A DNA stretch of 64,000 nucleotides. It comes from Tubulanus polymorphus (taxonomy: Eukaryota > Animalia > Nemertea). Shown piece by piece: positions 1 through 13,370 of the stretch (position 1 is its first letter; each line of letters starts with the position of its first letter). Made by a program: the position numbers and the translations under genes. Location of the stretch: NCBI RefSeq assembly GCF_964204645.1, contig NC_134029.1, forward strand, positions 11,124,850 through 11,188,849, given 5' to 3'. Under the pieces are notes generated by a model. The model worked only from the letters and a program-made list of their open reading frames with translations, had not been told where the DNA came from and did no database searches.

Positions 1-109
1 TTACATAATATAAACCATCATTATTTTCATGTGTATCGATGTATGGAATATGTTTATATACTTTACCTCCTTCTATTTATTATATAAATTTTTATTAAAG
101 TTAAAATTC

Positions 110-1376
110 TAATACATAACACTTTTAATTGAGAATTTACAATATTTAATTGCGCGTCAGATATAATATAAATATGCATTTTGATGCATTTTGATGATAA
201 ATATGCATTTTAGGCTTCCTTTTTTCTTTGTCATGAATAATTGTATTCCATCTTTAGTGTTTTGTAATTTTTTTCCAGAACCATGTAATGAATTATCCTC
301 TGTTGTTCTAAAATCTAACCATAATGCATATTTATTACCGGTATAATAATCAATTTGATTAATATAACAATTTTCAGATGATTTTACTTTTTCATTCATA
401 AAATATTTTCTAATTTCTGGCCATTGATCAATCATTCTCATTCCTTGACAAAATATTTTATTTGCTATTCCTTCGATAGTTATTTCTACTTTTGTTATTT
501 CAGGATTATAATAATTATCAACATTTATTGCACCATTAGTATATGTTGCAATGGTAAAAAATATTAATATACCTTTAATAGATCTTCTTGGGAAGTTAAT
601 ATTCTCATTAATTATTTCATCATTTGCATTAATAGTTACAGTTTTAAATTTATCAATATAATCATATAATAATGAAAATCCTTGATTGTATTGAGTTTGA
701 ATTGTACTAGCAATATTTTCATTAGTTACTGTGTCATATTCTAAACATATATTCGATAATTTATAACCCATATCTTTAACAACGCTAGATAATACAATTT
801 CATTTACAGGAGCAAATGTTATTTCTAATATAACATCTTCTTGAATTGCATATTTATATAAAGGTGCATTATTATTTATCAATTCAAAGTCTAATGGAAT
901 TTTATATTTGCTTCCATATATACTTTTTATCAATTTATCTATAGAATTAGTTAATATTGCATTATGTGCTTCTGATCTTAATTTATTTTGGTTTTCTGAT
1001 TGGATTCCTTGAAATATCATATTATTTCTATTTTCTTTAGTTAACCATAAATCTTTATAATGCATAAATAAATTAAAATCATCTAATGAGAAAACTGTTT
1101 CTGGACCGATCTTTATTGTTAATTTTTTAATCAAATATCTTCCAACATTATCAACAACATAATTATTATTATTACCGATTACTTTTATATCGGCTGATAA
1201 ATAAATACTATTTGGAACATAAAAATATTTTGTGTTAATCGAGGAATTCTAACATATAAAGTTTCATCAGGATTAATATTATAAGGGTTATGAGTAATTA
1301 TATGATGTGATCTTTCTGCTTTAATAGCATTAGATATTCTATGATTCTTAGAAGGATTGATATAACTCCCACTCAT
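110..1376 (-). pseudogene. Major capsid protein (double jelly-roll), frameshifted
   Basis: ORFs 1185-1376 and 157-1134 join across a 1-nt deletion near 1225 relative to copy C; small duplication near the 3' end. ITHNP..I...ETLYVRIP and ALWLDFRT..DNSLHGSG motifs; beta-rich, ~415 aa. Confidence 0.75.
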
Positions 1377-1399
1377 TTATTTAACAAAAAAATTAATTA

Positions 1400-2830
1400 T
1401 TTATTTTTATCATGTTTACTAACCCAAAAATAATAGCACTTACAACTGTAATTAAAAATAAAATAATATGTTCAGCAGCAAAGTTAATAATGTTTCCTGC
1501 AGATTTCAATATAAAACCAACAATTGATGCAATAATTCCTGGTAATGCTGCAGCAGATTTTTTAAGAAAGTTCCCATAAATATTTTGCTAATTTTTTTAA
1601 ACCATCCTTAACCTTATCTTGTATAGAATTATTATCATTCGGGGGTTTATCCGGTTTATTGGGAGTAGGAGTAGATTTCAATGAATTTGATATTGCTAAA
1701 CCAATTGTTGTAAATAACATAGTTACAGCTGTTAGAATTGAAAGAATTGTTATTCCTTCTAATTTAAATAATAACTTTATTCTATCTTTTAATGATATTT
1801 CAGAATTTGGTTTTATCAACAAATTTTAAAAAATAACTTTTAATCTATTAATATTATAACCATATGATTTTAATAATAATTTAATTTCTTCTTTCTGTAC
1901 TTCTAAATTATCTTTTAAATTATTAATTTCTTTTTCTAAACGTAATTCTTTTTGTCTATATTCTATTTCATCAATTACTTGATGATCTAAATCAGACTTT
2001 AGTTGTTCTATTTCTTTATTTGCATTAGTTAATTCTTTTTCCAAATACATAATTTTTTGATCTCTTATACTTTTATTATGTGCAATTTTATCAGCTTCAT
2101 TTCTTATACTAATAATTTCTCTAATTGCTTCATCAGAAAATATATTTAAATCTTCTAATTGTTGATCTGTTGCATCAATTAATCCATTCGGTAAAAGTTT
2201 TTCAATTGGAACTTTATTTGATTTAAGTTTACTAGTTTTGGAAGTTATATTCTGTTCAGAAGTTGTTTCTGTTTCTGATTTCTTTTTGATTATTTCAAAT
2301 AATTCATTAATTCTTTGTTTAAATACGTCTATATCATTACCAGTTAATTCTTGTTTTATAACATCAGTTATTACATTACTATTACTAATTCTTTTAATTC
2401 TATCTGGATCTAAATTACTCAAAGTTGATTTTGTTAATATTTTGTTTTGTTTTTTATAAGAGATATCAATATAATAATCATCTTTCAAATGATAATACCA
2501 TTTACCATTATCTAAAAATTTTAATTGATCTGCTAAAGGTCCAACGTCTTCATCATTTATGTTAAGTTTAGAATTTTCAATTATACGTTCTAATTTAGGT
2601 ATTTTGTTTAAATTATCTAAATCTTGTTTTACTAAATCTGGGTCTAAATTTACAGGATTTAATTGTGATTCTGCATTTTTAATATAATCAGGCATATCTA
2701 AATTATTATTATATTCTGGCTCATTACCGTCATTAAAACTTGTTTCATCAAAATCAGGTTGTTGTTCATTAGTTGTGCCAGGTTCATCAAAATTATCCAT
2801 TCCAATATCTTCTCCACCTTCTACATCCAT
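1400..2830 (-). pseudogene. Acidic/coiled-coil protein with C-terminal hydrophobic helices, frameshifted
   Basis: ORFs 1826-2830 and 1562-1822 plus downstream frame; the C-terminal part matches 60058-60500. 3' end approximate. Confidence 0.75.
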
Positions 2831-3157
2831 TTACATAATAAAAAAATTAAAATTCAAAATATAATATTCCCCCGATTACAATTCCTATACAAGTTATAGC
2901 TAATTTAGTATTTTCATGGGATTTATTATCATCATTTAGTTTAATTATATCATGTTGAATATTATCAGTTTTTATATCTTCTGATGTATTGTAATCTTTT
3001 ATTTTAGAATCATTATTTTATTCAATATTCTTAGTTTTAGTTTCTGTTGAATGAATGTTTTTTATTTTTTTCACCTTCCATTAATTTTGGAGCAGTAATA
3101 ATCTTTTTATTTATATCATTTAATCCAAATGAATTATTTATTGTTGCAGTTTTAATT

Positions 3158-5443
3158 CAGAAGGGCCACACCCTAGACTTAGTGATCACTCGTGAAACCG
3201 ATAAATGTGTATCAAATTTTATCGTTGATACGTCATTGCCGTCAGATCATAGTCTTATTGTATTTAATTCGTTTTTATCTAAACCGTTTCCGTTGACGGT
3301 CGAACGTGTGTCGAGGAACCTCCGAGCGGTGGATAAGAACGTGTTACTGGAAACAGTTCGCAACATATCTTTTGAGAATTTCGAGACCGGGACTGTTAAT
3401 TCTTTGGCGAATGACTATGATGCTAAGATGAAGTCAGTTTTGGACTATCTAGCGCCAGAAAAGACTAAAACTTTCACCGATAAGCCTCGCGCTCCATGGT
3501 ATGGACCCAATCTCCAGGCTGCTAGGCGTGTTTTACGTAGCCACGAACGGAAGTGGATCTCATCCAAATTAGAGGTCGATAAACAGATTTATCATGCCAA
3601 TCGGATTGAGTACCATAGTTTGTTGCAAGAAGCCTCAAGATCCTATCATCGCGGTCGGATAGCAGACTGTACCGATCAGAGAAAGTTATTCACCCTTGTC
3701 GATGAATGGACAAGTGATAAGAAGTCTGTAATTTCCGCGCTGCCAGAGCACAGCAATCCCAAAGAACTGGCTAATCGATTTTCTGATTTTTTTGTTGTGA
3801 AAATTGGCAAATTATGTAATTCTTTTATTGATGTACCACTCCCTCGGTTTCCTTTTATAGATCTTGGTCATTCCTTCAATAGTTTTAGTACGGTTACTGA
3901 AAAGTCTCTCAACGACATTATCACTTCAATGACCAATAAGTCATGTTCAATTGATCCGATTCCCACTACTTTTCTAAAACAATGTTTACCTGAAGTTTTA
4001 CCAAAGTTAGTCGATATTTTTAACTTGTCCCTCACTGAGGGCACAGTTCCTGACTCTTTCAAAATAGCAACAGTCAGGCCAATGTTGAAAAAGCCAGGTC
4101 TTAATTCAAATGTTTTATGTAACTATCGACCTGTCTCTAATCTACCTTTTATCAGTAAAGCTATAGAGCGGCATGTATTGAATGATTTGAGTCAGTATTT
4201 ATCCGATAATAACCTCTTCTCAACATTTCAGTCTGCCTATAGGAAGTTCCATAGCACCGAAACGGCAGTTTTAAAAGTACACAATGATATTTTGTTAGCT
4301 CTTGATAATCACGATGAAGTAGTGCTCGTCTTATTAGATCTAACTGCGGCTTTTGACACCATAGATCACGGGATTCTATTGAATAGATTACAGAATCGGT
4401 ATGGAGTGAAAGATGTTCCTTTAGAATGGTTTAGGTCATATTTAGAAAATAGGTATCAGCGTGTCGTGATTGACAGATCGTCATCTCAAAATGTTAAACT
4501 CATGTGTGGTGTACCTCAGGGGAGTGTACTAGGCCCTTCACTTTTCAGTTTATATCTTGCACCAATCGAAGAAATTATTATTAAACATTAACTCGACTTA
4601 ATGTTATATGCCGATGATACCCAGATTTATTTCGTCTGCAAGAGTTGTGCAGCTTCTAAATCAAGAGTTGAGAAGTGTGTTGACGAAATAAAGGAATGGT
4701 TGAAGTGCAATAGACTTGTTTTTAATGATAGTAAGACAGAGGCTATACATTTTACGTCAAAATTTCGTAAGGGAGACAAGCTATCAAGTATTAGAATAGG
4801 AGATGACAGTATAGCTACTTGTCAGTCAGTCAGAGATCTTGGCTTTTATTTCGATCATAATTTTACCATGTCTTGTCATATATCTTACGTCTGTAGATCG
4901 ATTTCTTACTCCCTGCATCGCATTGGTAAAATACGCAAGTTTTTAGATCGCACTAGCACCGAAAGATTCATTCACGCTTTTATAACTTCCAAATTAGATT
5001 ACTGTAATAGTCTTCTCTACGGTCTTCCGAATTGTTATATTTCTCGCCTACAAATGCTTCAAAATTCTGCCGCACGCCTAGTCACTCTAACTAAGAAGCA
5101 CGAGCATATCACTCCTATACTGTATGAACTACATTGGCTCCCTGTTCAATCGCGCATTGAATACAAAATTCTCCTGTTAACTTTTAAAATTTTGCATGAC
5201 CAAGCACCAGCCTATCTTTCGTCTGTTTTAACCACTCTTACACCTTCCAGACACACGCGCTCGACCGTGGCAACTAAATTATTTGAACCGAGATACCGCC
5301 AAGAATTTTATGGCTCTCGAGCTTTTGCGGTGGTAGCCCCCCGCCTTTGGAATGCTTTGCCACAGTCGATGCGCGACTTATCTTCCCTTAATAGTTTTAC
5401 CTCGCAATTGAAAACGCACCTATTTAATCAGCACTACAAATGA
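3158..5443 (+). pseudogene. LINE ORF2 (partial endonuclease + reverse transcriptase) with one nonsense codon
   Basis: NYRPVSNL, LLDLTAAFDTIDH, GVPQGSVLGP, YADD, LHWLPV; in-frame TAA at 4589-4591 between same-frame ORFs. Confidence 0.92.
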
Positions 5444-5594
5444 TTTTACTTGAATCAACCGTTTGAAATTAAATATCTATTTTATTGGGTAATATTTTAT
5501 ATATCTGTCAATTGTCTTATGTTTTTGTCAATTTGTAAAGTCTGTTGAGATATTTTATTTAACGGACTGTAAATAAATATTATTATTATTATTA
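3158..5594 (+). mobile_element. 5'-truncated L2/CR1-group non-LTR retrotransposon
   Basis: End of APE domain (GHTLDLV..SDH), RT motifs, AATAAA+(ATT)n tail. Flanked by TTAATT at 3152-3157 and 5595-5600; empty site visible in copy C near 62094. Confidence 0.92.
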
Positions 5595-6690
5595 TTAATT
5601 AGATTATTATAACCAATTATATTTCCCATCTTTAATACTAAATCATTAGAAATAATTAATAGATTAGGGCCTATACAATAATTTAAACTAATATGTGATT
5701 TATCTAAATAATTTTGATATCTTACAATGTTTTCTGGAATCGATCTATTTTTATCATTATGAATGGAATCTTCAAATAATACTTTGAATTGTTTCTGTGT
5801 ATCAAATGATGTATTTAAATTTCCAATTATTGGGGATCTTGTTTCAACCTGTGATCCTAGAAAACATATCAAATAAGTTCTAATAGATTGATTTATTCTT
5901 TGTATACCTGATTTAGTAAAACCTTCACTATTTTCTAAAATAAAATAAACCCAACCATTATTGTTTTCTTGTTTTAAATTATCATAAAATTTCGGTAATT
6001 TATTGAAATTTATGTTTCTAAATCCTTTGTTTCTATTTTACCATAACCTAATTTATTATTATAGATATTATAAAAGCTATTAGATCGTATGGGAAGTGTA
6101 CAATATGCTGCAACATTTTCAGGGCAAGGAAGTGATCTTATTGTACCAATTTTTGTTCTAAAATCAGAATTATTTATATCTATATTAAATTCATTGCAAA
6201 TTTTATAAAACTTTGATAAATTAATATGATTATCTAATTCTTTAAAATACCTAGATCCTGGTAAAGCACACTCTAATTCATTTAATATTATTCTGATTTG
6301 AAAGTATGTATGAAATCTAAATAAACTTTGAATTAATTTATATTTAGAATTATTCAATGATCATTCCAACTAATTCCACAACCTGTTGTTGCACAATAAA
6401 CAGCAAAATTTAATTGGTTCTGACAATACTTCATATTAGATTTTAATAACCATTGTTTTTCATCTTTCAATTTCTTAAAATTAATGAAATATACATGAAA
6501 TATATTTTCCATCTTAGCATTAAAATTATTAGTTTCAGCAACATAAATTTCTAAATTGGTTAATGAATCTAAAACTTCATTTCTATACGTAATATCTTTA
6601 TTAAAATCTATTGCTGGAATATTATATTTAATTGATTTATTATATTGGAAAGCTTTTGGAAAACTATCTACCATTTAAATAATTAAAATA

Positions 6691-7116
6691 TTAATAATTA
6701 ACTAATTCTTTTAATAATTTATCTTGTTCTTCAACTGTTATATGACCATTTAAACTTATTGTATAATCTAGTGTATTCTTTAATTTATTAATTTCTTTTA
6801 TATTAGTTTTAATTTTTTCTTTATTACTTTTTATATTTAATTTTGAACTTATACCAGTTAAAACACTTGAACTTAATCCTAATACACCAATTGATATAGC
6901 TAAAGATGTTAATGGACTGAATATTGCTAAAAATGTTATTACAGAACTAATTGTAACCGAACCACTAATAATAAGATAATATATAATTTTACTTTTTAAA
7001 TATTTTTTCTTTTTTATCTTTAAATCACTTTCATATTCTAATATTTGTTTTTCTAAATATATTTTCAATTTAGTTTTATTTATATCATGAGGAATAATAT
7101 CAATATTATCATCCAT
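6691..7116 (-). CDS. Viral membrane protein (hydrophobic hairpin flanked by Lys-rich coils)
   Basis: Intact 141 aa with two hydrophobic segments; homolog at 63192-63626; TAAATG start. Confidence 0.8.
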   Translation of the reverse strand: MDDNIDIIPHDINKTKLKIYLEKQILEYESDLKIKKKKYLKSKIIYYLIISGSVTISSVITFLAIFSPLTSLAISIGVLGLSSSVLTGISSKLNIKSNKEKIKTNIKEINKLKNTLDYTISLNGHITVEEQDKLLKELVNY

Positions 7117-7136
7117 TTATTTAGCAAAAAAAATTA

Positions 7137-7559
7137 CTAATTAGCAAATCTATATGCTACAAATATAACAATAACAGTTCCACCTAAAATCCATATTATT
7201 TCATATTTCTGTTGTTCTTTACTTCGGGTATAATAATCCGATAATTTATGTTTGTATAGATGTAATTTTTCTTCATTGGCTACTGCGTTATATAAACTCA
7301 TTGCATCATCGACTGATTGAAAATCTCTATGTGAAATCTTCTGATCATATAATTCCTTGTTAATATAATCCATATAGTTTTGCCTCTTTTCTCTATATTC
7401 TTCTGCTGCTTTATTGTATTTTTCTAACGCTAAGTTATGTCTTCTTTGTTCTCCTAATGAACTATTTTTATCAATATGCTTAAATAAATAACCACCACCA
7501 GTAAATGCTAAAGCGTTAACAATTGCCGATCCTATAATAGTTATAATTGCAGAAGCCAT
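7137..7559 (-). CDS. Viral membrane protein (N-terminal hydrophobic peptide, coil, C-terminal TM)
   Basis: MASAIITIIGSAIVNALAFTGGGYLF...IIWILGGTVIVIFVAY; homolog at 63647-64000. Confidence 0.8.
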   Translation of the reverse strand: MASAIITIIGSAIVNALAFTGGGYLFKHIDKNSSLGEQRRHNLALEKYNKAAEEYREKRQNYMDYINKELYDQKISHRDFQSVDDAMSLYNAVANEEKLHLYKHKLSDYYTRSKEQQKYEIIWILGGTVIVIFVAYRFAN

Positions 7560-7583
7560 TTATTTAGCAAAATAATTACGCAT

Positions 7584-7805
7584 TTATATGGGAGGAATAT
7601 ATTTTTGTTTTTCCAAATAATCAATAGTTAAGTTAGATAAAGTAACTGCTAATGTTAATTTTAAAATATCATTTATATCAAATTTATCAACATTAACACT
7701 TCCCATTTTGAATACTTTTTTTAATACCATTGAATAACCAACAGTTCCAACTGATAGTAATGCTCCATTATATAATCCATTTATTATCCACTTATTATCA
7801 CTCAT
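7584..7805 (-). CDS. Small hydrophobic viral protein
   Basis: 73 aa, tightly packed in the gene array, TAAATG start. Confidence 0.65.
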   Translation of the reverse strand: MSDNKWIINGLYNGALLSVGTVGYSMVLKKVFKMGSVNVDKFDINDILKLTLAVTLSNLTIDYLEKQKYIPPI

Positions 7806-8161
7806 TTATTTATCAAAAAACATTTATCAAAATATTTAGTTATCTTATTTATAATTATTTCAACATTTATTTCATTACTAGTTTCATGATTATCATATAT
7901 TTTGGTTAATATGTTTTTAATATCAGCTATGAAAAAATCTTCATCTAATTTATAATATCTTAAAGATCCTCCAATTAAATTAGTAATCTTTTCTACATTT
8001 AAAGTTTCTTTATCTATTGTTTTTTCATACTCAAATGTTGTTTCATTAGAAAATGCAATATTTTTAATATGTGTAATTACATCATTAATGTTCAATTTCA
8101 TTTCTTTCTCATGTTTAAAATCAAACCCAAAACATATACTCGGTCCAACAGTTATATTCAT
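7802..8161 (-). CDS. Hypothetical viral protein
   Basis: 119 aa, TAAATG start, 4-nt overlap with the next gene. Confidence 0.65.
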   Translation of the reverse strand: MNITVGPSICFGFDFKHEKEMKLNINDVITHIKNIAFSNETTFEYEKTIDKETLNVEKITNLIGGSLRYYKLDEDFFIADIKNILTKIYDNHETSNEINVEIIINKITKYFDKCFLINK

Positions 8162-8177
8162 TTATATAATGAAAAAA

Positions 8178-8930
8178 TTACTCTCTACATCTTATAACTA
8201 ATTCATATATCACAGGAAAGTTATTTAAATCAATTAAATATCCATTATGATTTCTTATTTCTAATTTGAAATTATTGAAATGTGGAATGCAAGGTTTAAA
8301 ATCACATTCTGTTAAATTATAATTTATTTGAGTTCCAAATTGTTTAACATTTTTTAATGGTAAAATATTTAGTATACTAGAATTGCAAGTTTTATCTTTA
8401 GTTGCTTCAAATGTTTTTGTAGGGTCAATTAAATTGCAATAAATATAGAAATGTGTGTAAGGTATTATATTTGGTGTAGTATCAACATTTGAATAAAGTT
8501 TATCTGGTGTAATTCCTAACAGTTTAGCTACAGGTTTTTTAACTGAAAATTGATATTTTTCATTATGAGCTAACCTTATCTTCATTTTATTAGAATTATC
8601 ACTTTTCAAAAATCTAATGTTAAATCCAGCATCACTTCCTAATTTGATCCGAGCTTTTTTATTAATTTCTTGCGTTAACGATTCTAAATTATATAACCCT
8701 GGTTTTAAAAATAGATAATTCCATTTATTCTTACTCCTGATTGAAAAAAATATATGTTCAAGACTTTTATCCGATACATTGTAAAAAGAATTACATGAAC
8801 TTATATTAACTAATTTTAAATCAACACAATTCTTAAATTCTTTATCTAATTGAACTAGTAAATTATGTGATTTATAATTTGTAAGTTTTCTAAAATCAAC
8901 AAATATTCTGTATTCTTTTAATTCTACCAT
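8178..8930 (-). CDS. Minor capsid (penton-like single jelly-roll) protein
   Basis: N..YNVS, PGLYNL, AKLLG, YIYCNLI, EIRNHNG.LIDLNNFP pattern typical of polinton minor capsids. Confidence 0.7.
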   Translation of the reverse strand: MVELKEYRIFVDFRKLTNYKSHNLLVQLDKEFKNCVDLKLVNISSCNSFYNVSDKSLEHIFFSIRSKNKWNYLFLKPGLYNLESLTQEINKKARIKLGSDAGFNIRFLKSDNSNKMKIRLAHNEKYQFSVKKPVAKLLGITPDKLYSNVDTTPNIIPYTHFYIYCNLIDPTKTFEATKDKTCNSSILNILPLKNVKQFGTQINYNLTECDFKPCIPHFNNFKLEIRNHNGYLIDLNNFPVIYELVIRCRE

Positions 8931-8947
8931 TTATTTTACATATTTTC

Positions 8948-9301
8948 TTATTCGAAATCTATTTCATGGTGCCCTTTTTCATTCTTACCTTTGTATACGA
9001 AATAGAAATCTCCAGAACATAATTCTTCTAGATCTTCACTTGATAATCTATGAAATCTATCTGGTAAATATGTTCTGAATTTATATGTATTTCCTTTAAA
9101 TCCTTCATATTCTAAGTGTATAACTAATTTATCTCCATATTTGTTAGTAACTGTATCAATATTTGTAATTAGATATTTCTTATGGATTATTAATTCTTTT
9201 AACTTCTTAAATTTATAATCTACTGATTTGACATTTGAAGTATCTTTTATTCTATCTAAAAATAATTTGTTGTTCTCACTGTGCGCTTGTTTACTCTCCA
9301 T
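8948..9301 (-). CDS. Small beta-rich protein, possible ssDNA-binding (OB-like)
   Basis: KL.EL...Y.I......NKYG......YLP.RF pattern, next to polB; function inferred only. Confidence 0.5.
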   Translation of the reverse strand: MESKQAHSENNKLFLDRIKDTSNVKSVDYKFKKLKELIIHKKYLITNIDTVTNKYGDKLVIHLEYEGFKGNTYKFRTYLPDRFHRLSSEDLEELCSGDFYFVYKGKNEKGHHEIDFE

Positions 9302-9330
9302 TTATAATACATATTTTTATTAAAATTTGA

Positions 9331-12300
9331 TTAACACGTTAGAATTCTTTTCATTATCTCGTTCTCTTTTGTTTCTTCTCTTTTAAATTTTAAGTATTCA
9401 TCTAAATTACAACCATAAGCAACTGTATGAATTCCATCATCTAAAATATATCTTTTATCATCAAATGGGTTTAGACTTATCTTTTCAATTTCTTCAATAA
9501 ACATTTCATGATCTTCAGATCTTAAACATCTCATCTTATGTTTTCTAACTTCTTCATTGAATATACAATTGATGTAATCTTTGAAATGAATATTCTTTTC
9601 TACTACACTTTTGGTTATTCCTTTTAACTTTTTAGCTTCATGTTCTTTAGTTTTATATGAATACATTTTAGATCTAATACCAATGAATTCAATCATTTCT
9701 TCACCACCTAATTCATCTTTGAATTTACCAGGAACTTTTTTATTATCATTGCTGAACAATTCATGATTTTTAGGATAATTACTGAAATCAAAATGATGGT
9801 TTAATGTTTTTAAATCATCTGTTATGTTATGTTATTGTTTTATCTTTAATATGTAACTGTCAGTATCAAAATATAATATTTCTACATGTTTTTCTCCAAA
9901 AAGTGGTTGTAATACATTATAATAGAATTCATACATTAATAACTTTGATAATTCTAAAACTGAAGCACCAACATAGATTGGTTTATCAAATTTCATTGAT
10001 GTTCTTCTCATTTTAACTGCAGCTAAATTTTCATCAAATATTCTGTTACCTAAAAACTTAGGATATGATTGTAAATGCCTTATCCTTTTACCATTACTAA
10101 CTAACTCAATATCATTTCTATTTCTAATATTTTCACAAGTCTTACCATAGAATGCATTATTCATTAGTTTGAAGAAATCTTTTTCGAAATCAGTTTTATC
10201 TTTAGTTCTCTGTTTGGTGTTAAAATCTATATATTTTTCTAACCACTTAGATTGACTAAATGAAATATAACTATGTACTTTTTTTAGGATCATTCCTTGT
10301 TTTAGATAAAACTTTAACATTCTATAATGTACTACATAATTATATTTATCTTCTTGAGTTAACATTAACTTTTCTGTATGAATATGATTTTCGGGTTTAA
10401 TTCTTTTTTGATAATTTGATAATTCTTCATGAGTTACAGTTTTATGTTCTGGACAGTATGCTAGATTTCTAGATTTAAATTTAATATGTTCAGGATATTC
10501 TAAATCTACAACAAAGAAGTAACCAGTAACTGAATCATCTGCAATATCTAGGATTCTTTTCTTCCAATCAAAATTATCATTACTTTCATGTTGTGAAACT
10601 TCACTTATTTCAAATACTCCATAAGGTTGTGGTTCCATCATTGCCCAACCATACAAATTATTTGCATCTATATATAATAACTTATATCCAGGGTTATCAT
10701 TTACATTGAAATATCTATCCCATAATACACCTGAAGCACCTCCTCTTATAGATTTTTCAAATAATAATAATTGATCTATATTTGTTAACAAATCCATTTT
10801 TATATCTGTAAATTTTAATCCACAATCCCATGTTAAACCTGGGCTAGAATAACAATGACAAGGATCAATATTGAAATATTTTAGGTTTACATCTCTAAAC
10901 CTTTCGAATATATCGGTTAATAATAATACATCTGATTTTAGATATGAATCTACTAATTGTCCATGATTATCTATTTTGAAATGATTCCAAATATTCAATG
11001 TTCTATTATAGACTTCATCTTTAACATATTCATTTTTTAATTCATCATAGAATTGTTCTTAATAATTCAGATATTTTGAAATCATTATGATTTTTATAGA
11101 AAGAATATGGAATTGCGCCTTTATATCTCATTAATTGAAAATCATCATTATTTGGGTAGTGTTGCTTTAATATTTTTAATTCATCATCAACTAATGATTT
11201 TGATAAGTTATCTAATGAACTATTTAAAAATCTATATGAATCTATAAATCTTAGGCAACCAAATTGGAATGATATATAATTCTCAGATGTTCTAGCTAAC
11301 ATTTTAAATTTATAAGTTGGTATTTTATCTTTCGATCTATTTGAATTTAATCTTTCTATTTCATTATTAATTTCTTCTATTTTATGACATAGCTGTTTGA
11401 TAAATAAATGAGCATCATATCCTGATAGATTATGAAATACAACTGGTACAAAGTTAATTTTCTTAGCTTGTAAGTTACAATTCTCATGTGCAGCGCCTCT
11501 AAAGTTTCCATTCAAATGATCATGGTCTCTTACTTTTTTATCTTTATAATTAAATATCTTTTCACAATAATAACATTTACCTGTAAACACAAATTCTTCT
11601 TTATCTTCTTCTGTCATAATTATTTCTTTATTTGTATTCAATAATTTACTAATCTTATTTCATATTCAATTAATAAGTCACAAAAATGATTAATAACATT
11701 TTCATTTCTATAATGATAATATTCACTTTTAATTAGTTCTGGATAATCAGATTTTATATATAACCCGAAACCAGCAGCTGATTGATGAATCTTTTTAATT
11801 GTATTTGTTTTTGGTGGTTCTTCTGAAAAATCATTTTCATTAGAATTTAATTTCTTTCTTTTATAATATATTTCTTTTCTATCTTGATCAGTTAGTTCTT
11901 TATTTAATGATTCAAAATCTCCATATATTACAAATGGTACTTTATTTTTGTAATCATATTTTTTGAATTCTAATATTTTATCCTTTTCATTTGGTAAAAC
12001 TAATTTACAATAATAATGATTTTCACATAATTGCTTATGATTTAATAATGCACTTTCAGTTCTGAATTTATGTAAACATTTTCTACATAGATATATTTTA
12101 TTATCAAAATCATTTTCTGATTTAAAAAATAAATCAATTCTTTTAATCCACATATAATGATTCTCATAATATAATATATCTATAACATCGTTTGAATCAT
12201 AATCTTTTGATAGGTATAAAGGTTCTAATGTATAATGTTTTATATTGTTACCTTTTGTATTTGGCAATTTGATTAAATCAAATATATTTATTCTTTAATT

Positions 12301-13370
12301 ATTATCTCTTTCTATTTTTGGGATGTTTTTAATTCTAACAGGATAATTATCTATCTTATAATTATTTTCAAATGGTTTATAATGAGTTAATCTAAAACTA
12401 TGTGTAATATCTTCTGTTGGATGTAAGCAACTTATAATTGTCCATAGAAAACATTTATCATCAAAATTTTGTACATTTATTACAGCATTAGTTTTAAATG
12501 GTAGTTTAATATAACTCGATGCTTCAATATCTGGTTCTTTATAATATGATACATCATTTTCATCTATTGGTTTCGATTTAGTTAACTTATTATATTTTGT
12601 GTCATACACATGTAAAATCATAAATATTATTTCATCAAATATTAAACCTGATCCTTCAAAATATTTCTCTTCTATTTTAGTTTGTACTTCATTATAACAT
12701 TTATCTAATTTATCATCTATATGTTGTTTTGAAATAATACGTTGTGAATGAGAATTTATATTATATATTGGTTTATCTTCAGATTTTATGAATTTAACTT
12801 TAGAAGATATGCTTATTTTAGGATATTCAACATCAGTTATTATTTTTATTATTTCTTTCATATTTTCTAAATGTTTTTTATTTTCTTCTGATGTTTTTCC
12901 TTTATGAAATTTAAACTCAATAGCTGCTGGGCCAATATCACTTTTAAATGCTTCGGTTATCTCTATATCTTTTTTATTATCTAATGAATTAATATATTTT
13001 CTTACATCTTCCATGTATGGTCTTTTATTGTTTAATTTATTTCTTATTCTTTTAATTGTCTTATGTTTCTTATCGTTATCATTATCAAAATAATCCTCAC
13101 CTAAAATATCATCATTCATATTTCTAATATGGCTTTTAGATTTTAAATTTTCATTATAATATATTTTATCACGGAATGATTGATTACATGTATCACATTC
13201 ATATGTTTCTTTTTCATTCTTTATTCATCTAATTTAGTTTCTAATATATCATCTTTATATTCTAATTTCAATTTATTCTCTAAATGTGTTTTAGTTTTAT
13301 TGTGTCTTGATTTTTGGGATTTATCTATATTGATATTACATGTTGGGCAGTAGTACTTATTTGCTTCCAT
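9331..13370 (-). pseudogene. polB: Protein-primed DNA polymerase B with N-terminal zinc fingers, OTU-like domain and EndoVII/HNH insertion; multiply frameshifted
   Basis: YGDFES (ExoI), RDHDH..G.FRGAAH..CN (EndoVII), FHNLSGYD, YIDANNLYGWAM, KLMNNAFYGK, YFDTDS, KKLKG. N-terminal CPTC..H..H and CDTC fingers from ATG 13370. Confidence 0.92.

Larger units (their letters stand above)
2846..6674 (-). pseudogene. Conserved ~460-aa protein with C-terminal TM anchor, split by LINE and frameshifts
   Basis: ORFs 6354-6674, 6010-6357, 5555-5872 and segment 2846-3157 match the intact copy at 61787-63175 (QLNFAVYCATTGCG). Confidence 0.85.

Noticed and set aside
3047-3157. N-terminus of the 514-aa LINE ORF
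   Set aside because: Antisense read-through of Polinton sequence; the LINE begins at 3158.
1-13370. Bacterial/phage or organellar origin of the AT-rich blocks
   Set aside because: Integrase-pPolB-ATPase-capsid content and a nested LINE show eukaryotic Polinton DNA integrated in a nuclear genome.
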